A stretch of DNA of 64,000 nucleotides from Burkholderiaceae bacterium (GTDB lineage Bacteria > Pseudomonadota > Gammaproteobacteria > Burkholderiales > Burkholderiaceae_A): assembly GCA_004214155.1 (NCBI GenBank), contig SGYQ01000002.1, positions 17,429 to 81,428 on the forward strand, read 5' to 3'. Under the pieces are notes generated by a model that was not told where the DNA came from, did no database searches, and saw nothing but the letters and a program-made list of their open reading frames with translations. The translations under genes were made by a program, and so were the position numbers. This document shows, one piece after another, positions 45,681 through 55,168 of this stretch (the first letter of the stretch is position 1; each line of letters starts with the position of its first letter).

Positions 45681-47698
45681 TGAAAACAAATACAAAACAA
45701 TATTTATCAGCTTTTGGAGTCGTAATCATTGCAACACTAGTGGGAGCATTTGCAACCTTAAATTTGACATTTTTAAAGGGATTTGAAAATGCTGCAAGTG
45801 ACATAAGAATATCTGTCCTGCAATCTCCTGAAGAGCAATCACAAAAAATTGTTCTTGCCACAATTACTGAAGAAACAGTTGCTCTGTTTCAGTATCGCTC
45901 GCCAGTTGATAGGGAATTTCTTGCTAACTTGATTATGTTACTGCAGGCAAAGGGAGCAAAGGCAATTGGTATTGACGTACTTTTAGACTCACCTACTGAA
46001 ATCGAAAAAGATAAATATCTAAAGGAAACTCTCAGAAATGCCACTGTTCCATTATTTCTTAGTTACACAAATTCACCAGGAGTTGTAACAGAGGATCAAC
46101 TTGAATATCTAAACGACTTCGTACCAGAAAAATTTCGAGCAGCTGCGAATATGGCAACCGACCCGTTCGATGGTACCGTTAGGTGGATTTTTCCCGGTGA
46201 GACAAATGCTGGGATGCCTGTAAGCTTTCCTAGAAAAGGTGCGGAGATTTATGGTGTAGATACTTCGAATCTATTTGAAAAAGAAAAGGAGGCTCAAACA
46301 AACCTTCCGATAGCATGGAGACCCAAAAAAGATTTGGAAACGCCGGCATTTCCCGAATATCCTGCTCACGCCGTTGCTGTGCTGCCAGCTGAATGGTTTA
46401 AAGATAAGATTGTGCTTGTGGGTGCTAAATTGTCGCTAGAAGATCGACATCGAACCCCGATGGCAATTATAGATGATGAATGGGAAGGAAGGATGCCTGG
46501 AGTCACCGTTATGGCTCATGCAATGTCCCAACTAATTGAAGATCGCAAACCGCATAAGGTAACTCAAGAATTAACTTTCGGTATTTGTGCCGTCTTAGGT
46601 ATTATAGGAATATTAATTGGTCTTGCAAAAAAAGGTATTCTATTTAGCGTTATAAGCGGTTTTTTCGCCGCATTAACTTTATGGCTCGTTGCCTTCTTAG
46701 GATTCTCAGAAGGGCTGCCAATGATTCCAGTAGTTGCTCCCACAATCACATTAGCTTTTGCCCTATGGATGATGGATTTATTAATTGGCAAAGCAGAACG
46801 TCAACAAAGGCAATTTGTGCAAGGAGCATTTTCACGCTATGTGGAACCAGCAGTAGTAGAGAAACTTGTCGAAAATCCTGAATATTTAAATGTGACAGGA
46901 GTTAAGCAAGATACTACTTTTATCTTTACGGATGTTGCTGGATTTACTACGTTATCTGAAAAGCTAGAGTCCAAGGTTTTATCGGACGTTCTAAACGCTT
47001 ACCTCGATGGAGCATGTGAAATCATATTTAAATATGGAGGAACAGTTGATAAATTTATTGGCGATGCAATCATGGTGGTATTTAATGCTCCTATCCCACA
47101 AAAAGACCATATAGAAAGAGCAGTAATGTGCGCATTAGAACTCGATGTATACTGTGAAAAGTTTCGCGAAGAAGAAAATGCGAAGGGAATCCCGATCGGT
47201 GTTACCCGAATTGGGATACATACCGGACCAGCTACCGTGGGAAACTTTGGATCGCAGTCCCGAATGGATTTTACAGCCCTTGGAGATACGGTTAATACTG
47301 CTGCCAGAACAGAAGGTGTAAACAAATATTTTGGAACGAGGATTGCTGCAACAGAAGAAATTGTCAGCAAGTGTGCAACAAACCTCTTTTTTCTTCCAAT
47401 TGGCGATATAGTTTTAAAAGGAAAAACTGTACCAGTTCCTTTGTATAACCCAGTTTCCGAAGATTTTTTCAATAGCGAGTATGCGAGAGAATATCGGGAT
47501 GTCTATAAAGAATTACGAAAAACTGATATCGAAATAAATCTAAAAGATAGAAATGATAATGAATTGCAGGGGCATCCTGTTGGAAATAAAATGATAGAGC
47601 TTCACAAACGATTTTCAAGTGAACCCTTAGCCAAATTTCATACTGATAGAATACAAAAAGGATTAATTACAACCAAAGTAATTATGGACAGTAAATGA
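45680..47698 (+). CDS. CHASE2 sensor domain-containing class III adenylate cyclase
   Basis: Topology is TM - ~290-aa extracytoplasmic domain - 3 TM (typical CHASE2). Cyclase core: TFIFTDVAGFTTLSE (metal Asp), VDKFIGDAIMVVF (Lys and second metal Asp), RIGIHTGPATVGNFGS, MDFTALGDTVNTAARTEG (Asn/Arg). Confidence 0.85.
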   Translation: MKTNTKQYLSAFGVVIIATLVGAFATLNLTFLKGFENAASDIRISVLQSPEEQSQKIVLATITEETVALFQYRSPVDREFLANLIMLLQAKGAKAIGIDVLLDSPTEIEKDKYLKETLRNATVPLFLSYTNSPGVVTEDQLEYLNDFVPEKFRAAANMATDPFDGTVRWIFPGETNAGMPVSFPRKGAEIYGVDTSNLFEKEKEAQTNLPIAWRPKKDLETPAFPEYPAHAVAVLPAEWFKDKIVLVGAKLSLEDRHRTPMAIIDDEWEGRMPGVTVMAHAMSQLIEDRKPHKVTQELTFGICAVLGIIGILIGLAKKGILFSVISGFFAALTLWLVAFLGFSEGLPMIPVVAPTITLAFALWMMDLLIGKAERQQRQFVQGAFSRYVEPAVVEKLVENPEYLNVTGVKQDTTFIFTDVAGFTTLSEKLESKVLSDVLNAYLDGACEIIFKYGGTVDKFIGDAIMVVFNAPIPQKDHIERAVMCALELDVYCEKFREEENAKGIPIGVTRIGIHTGPATVGNFGSQSRMDFTALGDTVNTAARTEGVNKYFGTRIAATEEIVSKCATNLFFLPIGDIVLKGKTVPVPLYNPVSEDFFNSEYAREYRDVYKELRKTDIEINLKDRNDNELQGHPVGNKMIELHKRFSSEPLAKFHTDRIQKGLITTKVIMDSK

Positions 47699-49416
47699 GG
47701 CAAATAAACCTATTTCTTTTATATGTAGTGACAAATTTTTTTTTTTGCAGTGTTGCTTACAGTCAGGTTCCGTTACCAGGGGACGCCGACACATCGCGTT
47801 TAAGACCCCCTAGATTACCTCTGCCTACAACGCCTAAGTTTGACTTACGAATAGAATCGCCTGAAAAATCGCCCGTTCCAAAAGCAGTTGACGATATCAC
47901 ATTTGAAGTTAAAGCTATTGATCTTGATGGAGCAGAATATTATTCGAGAAGTGAAATTGATAAAATTTTTTCTCCCTTGATTGGAAAAAAAATTAGTTTA
48001 AATGAATTACGAGATGCCACAGAAAAATTAGAGAAAAAATATAAGGATGATGATTTTTTTCTAGTAAGAGTTATTATTCCGCCCCAAGAAGTAGAAAATG
48101 GAATTTTTAAAGTTAAGATAATTGAGGGTTATATAAATAATGTTTTTGTTGAGGGGGGGAATAAATATTCACGAGAAAAAATATTATCAGTTGTAAAAAA
48201 ACTTGAAAATAAAAAACCAATCGATTTGAAGAGCTTAGAACGGGCTTTACTATTGCTAAATGATCTTCCGGGTATTTCAGGAAGTGGTGTCCTCAGACAA
48301 GGTTCAGACATTGGATCATCCGAATTACTGGTTACAATTAACCCTCCTCCTCCTACGAGCTATATATTAACGCTTAACAATGGAGCATCTAAAACTATGG
48401 GGCAGTACAGTACAAATATTAATGCCACATTTAATAATCCTGACTACCCCAGTTCTGTGAGTGTAGGCTTTTCATCTGCACTAAAAAATGATGACGATCA
48501 ACTTTTTAACCCCATCTTAAAAGCATTCAATGGCACGTATTCTACCTCATTAGGGGATGATGGCCTCATTTTTTCTCTGGCTGGTGTTTTCGCTAATGCA
48601 AAACCACAAGGTAGTATTAAATCACTCGGAATTCTTAGCCAATCATATTCTGTAGCGCCTCGATTACGTTATTCAATCAAAAGAACAAGAGATGAGTCAT
48701 ACTACTTGGAAGGTGGATTGAATGTTGCTCGCAGTAAAACCTTTTTATTAGACTCAAGTACAACGAAAGACAAACTAACTGTTGCTGATTTTGTATTCTC
48801 GGTTACCAATGATGTTTGGTTTGGAGGAAGCACTCAATTAAATTTTACTCTTGCACAGGGCTTAGATTTGTTTGGGTCTAGAGGAGAGAGTACAAGTTTG
48901 CCAGGTCCTTCAGTAGCAAATTTCAAACAAACATTTTTAAAATATAAATTCTCAGGAAACCATTCATTGCCTGTAAAAAAGATCAATGGGAGTCTCAAAT
49001 TATCTGCTCAAGCGCAATGGACAAATGATAAGTTATTGGCTGGTGAGCAAATCACCTTTGGTGGTCCTGCTATTGGCAGAGGATATGACGGAGGAGCTAT
49101 TGCAGGCGAAAAGGGATTTGGTTTAAGTGTTGAGCTATCAAGGAAGCTTAAAAGAAAGAATTTGTTAGGACTAGACCTGAGTAATTTTGAATTGTTTGGA
49201 TTTATTGACTATGCGGAGGCAAAGATCCTTAAAGAGCCAATCAGTGGGACACCTGAGAAAAGTAGTTATATCGGCTCACATGGTATTGGCGCAAGACTCT
49301 CGGAAAGATCTGGTTTAATGCTAGATCTCACGATTGCGAGAGCAAGAAACGAAAAACCAAGTCAAGATGCAAAAAGAAATCCGAGGGTGATTCTATCGCT
49401 GACCAAACCTTTTTAA
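47695..49416 (+). CDS. ShlB/FhaC/HecB-family TpsB outer-membrane transporter
   Basis: Signal peptide, two POTRA-like units (ITFEVKAIDLDGAEYYS...LRDATEKLEKKYKDDDFFLVRVIIPPQEVENGIFKVKIIEGYINNVFVEG; ...LERALLLLNDLPGISG), then a beta-barrel ending in ...LTKPF. The start overlaps the cyclase stop (ATGA). Confidence 0.9.
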   Translation: MRQINLFLLYVVTNFFFCSVAYSQVPLPGDADTSRLRPPRLPLPTTPKFDLRIESPEKSPVPKAVDDITFEVKAIDLDGAEYYSRSEIDKIFSPLIGKKISLNELRDATEKLEKKYKDDDFFLVRVIIPPQEVENGIFKVKIIEGYINNVFVEGGNKYSREKILSVVKKLENKKPIDLKSLERALLLLNDLPGISGSGVLRQGSDIGSSELLVTINPPPPTSYILTLNNGASKTMGQYSTNINATFNNPDYPSSVSVGFSSALKNDDDQLFNPILKAFNGTYSTSLGDDGLIFSLAGVFANAKPQGSIKSLGILSQSYSVAPRLRYSIKRTRDESYYLEGGLNVARSKTFLLDSSTTKDKLTVADFVFSVTNDVWFGGSTQLNFTLAQGLDLFGSRGESTSLPGPSVANFKQTFLKYKFSGNHSLPVKKINGSLKLSAQAQWTNDKLLAGEQITFGGPAIGRGYDGGAIAGEKGFGLSVELSRKLKRKNLLGLDLSNFELFGFIDYAEAKILKEPISGTPEKSSYIGSHGIGARLSERSGLMLDLTIARARNEKPSQDAKRNPRVILSLTKPF

Positions 49417-49417
49417 A

Positions 49418-51097
49418 TTAAGTAATCACAATAACAAGCAATAACGTGAAGAAAATTATTTGCATACTCAAAACCATTATATTGGTTGGCATCCCCATGG
49501 TTATCTTCACTATTTTCCTTGCATCCAAAATCTTTTTCACAAAACGGCGATTGAGTAACCCACTTACAGATTCCTTTGTCTGGCATAAGAATTGGTCAAC
49601 AGCCCTTTCTGCAATAAGAAAAATCTTTCGTAGCGCTTTCCTAGCAATCCAATCAGAGTCAAGACTTATAGTTCGAGTTCGTTTGAGCAACGGCAACATT
49701 ACGAAGAAAGCGAAACCGGCAAATAGAAGTAACTGTAATTGGAACAAGACATGTGCGACTGTGTATGGTTCATAATCTACCTCGTAGGGCAAGATTGAGT
49801 ATATTGCACCTGGAAATACTCCCAATAAAATGCACAATGCAGACAAAATATACATTGCTAGTCTCATATTACCGGGTGGATCCGGTGGGCGTAAGCCAGA
49901 ATCCTTTTGAAAAAAAACGAACCATGGAAATTTAATTCCAGCATGAAGAAAAACACCAGCTGATGCAGCCACTAAACCTAACCATACATAAAACAAATGT
50001 TCATCAGCGGCAGCATAGGAAATCATAGATTTTGTTACAAAACCAGAAGTAAACGGAAAAGCAGATATCGCGAATGCTCCTATCACCCCACAAATCATCG
50101 TAATAGGCATACTCTGAAAAAGTCCTCCTAACTCAGTACAATTTCTCCTCCCCGTCATATATAGAACCGAGCCAGCAGACATCAAAAGAAGAGCTTTGTA
50201 AAGAATATGTGCAAAAGCATGAGAGCTAGCACCATTTATCGCCATCTCGGTACCAACGCCGGCACCAACCAACATGAAACCCACCTGATTAACAATACTG
50301 TAGGACAAAATTCTTCTCATATCATTTTCTAATAAGGCATAAATAATCCCATAAAATATCATAATCAGCCCTAAGTAAATTAGTAACTCTGTGCCTGGGA
50401 AGCCTCTAAGAATAGAATAAACTGCAGTCTTCGTGGTGAACGCTGAAAGGAAAACGGAGCCAGAATAGGATGCTTCTGGATATGAATCTGGAATCCACGA
50501 CGAAAAAGGATAACAACCTGCATTAATTAAGAAACCAACAAATATAAATTTCGCGTAGACATTTTCAAAATCTAATTGATCGAACGCAATATTACCTGTT
50601 TCATTAATAACACCAGCTATACCAACCAAAATAAGGATACCTGCGAAAAAATGCACTAGTGCATAACGGAAGCCCGCAGATCGTGAAAGTTCGGTTCTTG
50701 TTCCAAGAATCAAGAAAGTAGAGGCAATTGCCATAACTTCGCAAAACACAAAAAAAGATAATAAGTCACCAGTTAAAACTGCACTTATCCCGGAGCCAGC
50801 ATAAATTAAAGCCCATGAGGTCTCTTTTTCGTTCCTTTGATTAATGGAAAAAATTAAACCACAAAAAGTCATTAAAAGGAAGACAATTGAGAAAACTCTC
50901 GATAAACCATCAATTCGCAGCAATATCAGATCGTAGCTAAAAAGATTCACAGATAGCCCGGTTTGATTACTGACAAACAATGAAGCCACCAAAAGTAAAA
51001 GGCTAATTGGCAAAGATATATATCGATGGAAAGTTTTAGATGTGAAAAAACCAAGAAAACCAAGAACTATGATAAAAAAGCCAGAATGAATTAACAT
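49418..51097 (-). CDS. Proton-conducting antiporter-like subunit (NuoL/MrpA-N/MrpD family)
   Basis: 559 aa, ~14+ TM. Family pattern SHAFAHILYKALLLMSAGSV and FPFTSGFVTKSMI. Confidence 0.8.
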   Translation of the reverse strand: MLIHSGFFIIVLGFLGFFTSKTFHRYISLPISLLLLVASLFVSNQTGLSVNLFSYDLILLRIDGLSRVFSIVFLLMTFCGLIFSINQRNEKETSWALIYAGSGISAVLTGDLLSFFVFCEVMAIASTFLILGTRTELSRSAGFRYALVHFFAGILILVGIAGVINETGNIAFDQLDFENVYAKFIFVGFLINAGCYPFSSWIPDSYPEASYSGSVFLSAFTTKTAVYSILRGFPGTELLIYLGLIMIFYGIIYALLENDMRRILSYSIVNQVGFMLVGAGVGTEMAINGASSHAFAHILYKALLLMSAGSVLYMTGRRNCTELGGLFQSMPITMICGVIGAFAISAFPFTSGFVTKSMISYAAADEHLFYVWLGLVAASAGVFLHAGIKFPWFVFFQKDSGLRPPDPPGNMRLAMYILSALCILLGVFPGAIYSILPYEVDYEPYTVAHVLFQLQLLLFAGFAFFVMLPLLKRTRTISLDSDWIARKALRKIFLIAERAVDQFLCQTKESVSGLLNRRFVKKILDARKIVKITMGMPTNIMVLSMQIIFFTLLLVIVIT

Positions 51098-51352
51098 TTA
51101 AGAATTTCCTTCATTTTTTTCATAATAGTCTTCTGGTTTTTTTACAACTAAAGCTAAAAGTTTCGAAAAAAGAATCATTAAAACACATGCAATAAAACCA
51201 AACCATGCCCCAAATCCTATCCAACTCTCTACCTCAAAGTGACCTTTAATTGGAAAAATGAGTTGAACTAAAACTAGGGAAACTAATAATACAATTGAAC
51301 AAACCCAAAGTTTCTTAATATTTTCTTTTTTAAGTATCCAGTGCTGACTCAC
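51098..51352 (-). CDS. Small 2-TM membrane protein within the antiporter operon
   Basis: 84 aa, two hydrophobic helices. Flush with its neighbours (1-2 nt gaps). Confidence 0.5.
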   Translation of the reverse strand: MSQHWILKKENIKKLWVCSIVLLVSLVLVQLIFPIKGHFEVESWIGFGAWFGFIACVLMILFSKLLALVVKKPEDYYEKNEGNS

Positions 51353-51354
51353 AT

Positions 51355-52893
51355 TTAAACTCCTAAATAATTTAAAAAATAGCTTATATACTCTGCCAAA
51401 AAACTAATCAAAAGAATTCCGGTTGTCGTACAGCAAATTGCTAGCAATATAAAAACTGGAGCTTCAGAATTTCCTAAATATCTATAGTGATAAAATTCCT
51501 TACTTTCTTTCTTTTCTCCGTACATTTCATAACCTAATGGCTTTCGTAAAAAAGCGTCGTAAATTATGGGTAAAAAATAACTGGCATTTAAAATTGTACT
51601 TAGTATTAAAATACTTAATACGAAAAAATCTTGAGCATCAACTGCCCCAGTGATAATAAACCATTTCGACAACAAACCAACTGTTGGAGGCAATCCAATC
51701 ATAGAAAATGCTCCCAAGGCAAAACAAATCATAGTGATCGGCATCTGATAAAAAATTCCTCTCATCTCCTTTATTTCTGTTTTATGAAGAGCAGTATAAA
51801 TTGAGCCCGCCGCAAAGAATAATGTTATTTTCCCAAAAGCATGACTGACCAGATGAAAAATAGCAGCAGCGACAGCTAAAGGAGTCGCTAGTGAAGCAGC
51901 CATTGTTATGTATGAAAGCTGGCTTACAGTTGAAAAAGCTAATCTTTGCTTTAAATTTGTCGATTTCATTGCTTTATAGGATGCAAATATTATGGTAAAC
52001 CCAGCAAGTACAGTTAAAATTGAAACTGCACTAATGCCTTGAAGGTAATCAAGTCCAAATACGTAAACAATAATTTTTATAATTCCGAACACACCGGCTT
52101 TTACAACGGCAACAGCGTGAAGGAGAGCTGAGACAGGTGTGGGCGCAACCATTGCTGCAGGCAACCAACTATGAAATGGAAATAATGCTGCTTTTCCAAC
52201 ACCAAAACAGAAAATTAAAAGCAAAATCGTAATCTCTATATTCGATAGACCGGTTGGCAAAATACCACCTTTAGTAAAGTCTAAAGTATCTGCAAAAGAA
52301 TAAGTAATACAAATAGCTAATAACAGAAAGCAGATCGAAGTAAATAACAAAATCCCTAAATAAGTTTTCCCACCCTGTTTGGCATTACTAGATCCATTAT
52401 GAGTAACTAAAGGATAGGTTAAAAAAGTCAGTAACTCGTAAAATAAGAAAAAAGTAAACAGATTAGAGGCAAATGCGATGCCCATTACAGCAAAAATAGA
52501 TAAGGATACATAAGCATAAAATCTAGTTTGGTTCTGCTCGCTATTACCTCTTAGATAACCGATTGAATATATCGAATTGACAAACCATAATAATGATGCA
52601 ATCGATGAAAAAACTAAACCAATTGGCTCTATATGAAATGATAATCCAACGTTCGGAAATACTTCTATCAATTCGAAATTAAAAGAATTTCCTTCTAAAA
52701 AGGATAAAACCAATGAGAAATTAAAGAAGACCACTACAAGCGATGAAAATATTGAAAAAAACTCTTTCCCAAAAATAAAACGATGAAAGAGAGAAATGCA
52801 AAGAGCGCAAAGAAAAGGGACGGCAATTACAATTAAAAACATTTGAAATGCTATGGAATTCTCTGCTAAAAGAAAAAAATTATTTGGTTCCAC
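51355..52893 (-). CDS. Proton-conducting antiporter-like subunit (MrpD/NuoM family)
   Basis: 512 aa. WLPAAMVAPTPVSALLHAVAVVKAG is the MrpD/NuoM/NuoL signature. Confidence 0.8.
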   Translation of the reverse strand: MEPNNFFLLAENSIAFQMFLIVIAVPFLCALCISLFHRFIFGKEFFSIFSSLVVVFFNFSLVLSFLEGNSFNFELIEVFPNVGLSFHIEPIGLVFSSIASLLWFVNSIYSIGYLRGNSEQNQTRFYAYVSLSIFAVMGIAFASNLFTFFLFYELLTFLTYPLVTHNGSSNAKQGGKTYLGILLFTSICFLLLAICITYSFADTLDFTKGGILPTGLSNIEITILLLIFCFGVGKAALFPFHSWLPAAMVAPTPVSALLHAVAVVKAGVFGIIKIIVYVFGLDYLQGISAVSILTVLAGFTIIFASYKAMKSTNLKQRLAFSTVSQLSYITMAASLATPLAVAAAIFHLVSHAFGKITLFFAAGSIYTALHKTEIKEMRGIFYQMPITMICFALGAFSMIGLPPTVGLLSKWFIITGAVDAQDFFVLSILILSTILNASYFLPIIYDAFLRKPLGYEMYGEKKESKEFYHYRYLGNSEAPVFILLAICCTTTGILLISFLAEYISYFLNYLGV

Positions 52894-52908
52894 TAGTTTC
52901 CTAATTCA

Positions 52909-54390
52909 TCAAAAAAGTAATTGTTCCGCAGCAATTTTTGCATAGCCAATCGTAAAAGTAGTGTCAAAACTAACGTAAATCATACAAGCTGCAAGCACAA
53001 ATAATAAAATATATACCGGTATAATTTGTATATCATTATCTCTTCGCATTGCACTGTTTACATCTGGTTCCCCAAAATAAATTAACTCAACTATTCTCCA
53101 ACAATACGCTACAGTTAAAATAGATAGTAGAAGGACAGAAAAAGCTAAAATAAAATTGCCACTACTTATGAGACTGGATATTAAAGTAAACTTTGAAATA
53201 AAACCTGGTGTTCCTGGGACACCTATTAAGCTAAGGCAACCAAAAACCAAGAGGCCCGACAAAACAGGATAAACTCTTCCTATACCAGAAAATCTTTTAA
53301 AGGCAGTTCCTCCAAGAGCACTTCCCAGAAAACACACAATTACAAAAATAAACCCTTTTGTAAGACCGTGATTTATAATATGTGCTAGCGAGGCGGTAAT
53401 TCCATCGACTGTTGCAACAGAAACACCAATGAGAATGATTCCGACTTGTGAAATACTCGAATAAGCAAATAATTTCTTTATGTCTGTTTCAAAATATGCA
53501 GCAAATGAACCGAAGAAAATACTGGCTAATGCTAAAAAGAAAAAAATATCTTCGATTATTGGTCTTCCGATTAACGAATTAACGTTTCCAACATCAAATA
53601 ACATTCTTATTAGTAAATATAAGGAAACTTTTGTTGAAATTGCGGAAAAAAAACATGTAACTAAAGCTGGCGCATATTTGTAAGATGCCGGTAACCAAGC
53701 ATGCAAAGGGAAAATAGCAGATTTAATAAGCAATCCTATAATTATGAAGCTCATTGCTGTAAAGTGAGCGGTCGGTTGTTCCAAGCCTTCTAACCTATTT
53801 GAAATATCTAAAAAATTTAAAGAACCAGTTAGAACGAATAAAATACCAACACCCAAAACGAAAAATGTAGCCCCGATCGTTCCAAAGATTAGATATTTAT
53901 AGGAGGCTAATAAAGCTCTCTTATCTTTTCCTAAGGCGATGAGAATATACATACCAAGAGAAGAGATTTCAATAAACACAAATGCATTAAATGCATCTGC
54001 TGTTGCTATAACTCCAGCAAGGCCAGCAAAGGTTAGCAAAAACGCAGTATAAAAAAAATAGTGTCGAGAACCTTTTAAATCCCATCTTAACGAACCCGAG
54101 TATAAGAGAGTAAACAATAATCCAATACCACTAATAAAAAAAAGTAAAACTCCATTTAGGTGATCTATAGAATATTCGATTCCAACAGGAGCATCCCATC
54201 CTCCAAACGGATAAGTCAATTCATCTTGTGTACTAAGTTGCCCTAATGTAAAAAATGAGGTGGCGCAAGATATAACCATCGTAACAACGGTTAACAACCA
54301 ACAAAACAAACTGTGCTTGATTAATAGACAGAGGGGCGCTAACGCAAGAGGAAGAACAGCTGGGATAATTGGAAGAAAGTCAATATTCAC
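52909..54390 (-). CDS. mnhD: Proton-conducting antiporter-like subunit (MrpD/NuoN family)
   Basis: 493 aa. HAWLPASYKYAPALVTCFFSAISTKVSLY signature. Confidence 0.8.
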   Translation of the reverse strand: MNIDFLPIIPAVLPLALAPLCLLIKHSLFCWLLTVVTMVISCATSFFTLGQLSTQDELTYPFGGWDAPVGIEYSIDHLNGVLLFFISGIGLLFTLLYSGSLRWDLKGSRHYFFYTAFLLTFAGLAGVIATADAFNAFVFIEISSLGMYILIALGKDKRALLASYKYLIFGTIGATFFVLGVGILFVLTGSLNFLDISNRLEGLEQPTAHFTAMSFIIIGLLIKSAIFPLHAWLPASYKYAPALVTCFFSAISTKVSLYLLIRMLFDVGNVNSLIGRPIIEDIFFFLALASIFFGSFAAYFETDIKKLFAYSSISQVGIILIGVSVATVDGITASLAHIINHGLTKGFIFVIVCFLGSALGGTAFKRFSGIGRVYPVLSGLLVFGCLSLIGVPGTPGFISKFTLISSLISSGNFILAFSVLLLSILTVAYCWRIVELIYFGEPDVNSAMRRDNDIQIIPVYILLFVLAACMIYVSFDTTFTIGYAKIAAEQLLF

Positions 54391-54402
54391 TCGGCTTCTT
54401 TT

Positions 54403-54765
54403 TTATTCATCAACATCTATGATTTTATCTTCTTCAATTGTTTTAAAAGATTCGTTTATTCTTACAGCAAGGGCTAATCCCAGAGAAAGTGTAGCAACCC
54501 CAACCACAATAGCTGTCAAAATTAAAACATGTGGAAGCGGACTAGAGTACGCGATGACATCCTGGTCTAGAACAGGCACTGTTCCTCCAAAAATCTTTCC
54601 TGGGGCGACAAAAATTAGATATGCAGATGTTTGGAAAATACTCAACCCAACTAATTTTTTTACAAGATTTGGAGTTGAAAGAACGATATATAACCCAGAG
54701 GTTATTAGCAAGATAGCCGCCATGTAATTAATGAGACCAAAATAAGACATTTCAACGAGAGGCAA
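54403..54765 (-). CDS. mnhC: Na+/H+ antiporter subunit C (MnhC/NuoK-like)
   Basis: 120 aa, 3 TM, NuoK-like. Positioned between the MnhB and MnhD homologues. Confidence 0.8.
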   Translation of the reverse strand: MPLVEMSYFGLINYMAAILLITSGLYIVLSTPNLVKKLVGLSIFQTSAYLIFVAPGKIFGGTVPVLDQDVIAYSSPLPHVLILTAIVVGVATLSLGLALAVRINESFKTIEEDKIIDVDE

Positions 54766-55168
54766 AACAGTAAAATATTAATAACAAGACGCTAAAAACT
54801 GAGAGAAATACACCAAATTCAACAAGCAAAATACCTATATGCTGCCCCGCGACCTGAGTATCTCCCAAAACGGAGTAATTCAAAAACTCTCCTCCCAGTA
54901 TCATGCACAAAAATCCAACTCCTATATACAACAGGACGCCTGTTACAGATATTAATTCAAGTAATCTGGATGAAACTACGGCGACCAATTTGTCGAATCC
55001 AAAAATCAACGAATATAAAATAAAACCCGCTGAAAAAATTGCACCGGCCTGAAACCCTCCCCCTGGTCCAAAATCACCGTGAAATTGAACGTAGAGTGCA
55101 AACAGAAGAATTAACGGGATTAGTTTCTTGGAAACAGTTCTTATAATGACTTCACGACTATTCATCAT
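54752..55168 (-). CDS. mnhB: Na+/H+ antiporter subunit B (MnhB domain)
   Basis: HGDFGPGGGFQAGAIFSAG matches the MnhB GH..PGGGFQgG motif. Confidence 0.8.
   Translation of the reverse strand: MMNSREVIIRTVSKKLIPLILLFALYVQFHGDFGPGGGFQAGAIFSAGFILYSLIFGFDKLVAVVSSRLLELISVTGVLLYIGVGFLCMILGGEFLNYSVLGDTQVAGQHIGILLVEFGVFLSVFSVLLLIFYCFASR

Noticed and set aside
33850-47698. Reading the class III cyclase plus cNMP-binding proteins as a Pycsar/CBASS-like antiphage signalling system
   Set aside because: The cyclase has a CHASE2 extracytoplasmic sensor and purine-type (Lys/Thr) specificity residues. The cNMP-binding proteins carry no TM, TIR or nuclease effector domain. They are also 10 kb away on the opposite strand, not in a two-gene cassette. 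The TPS context fits envelope signalling better.
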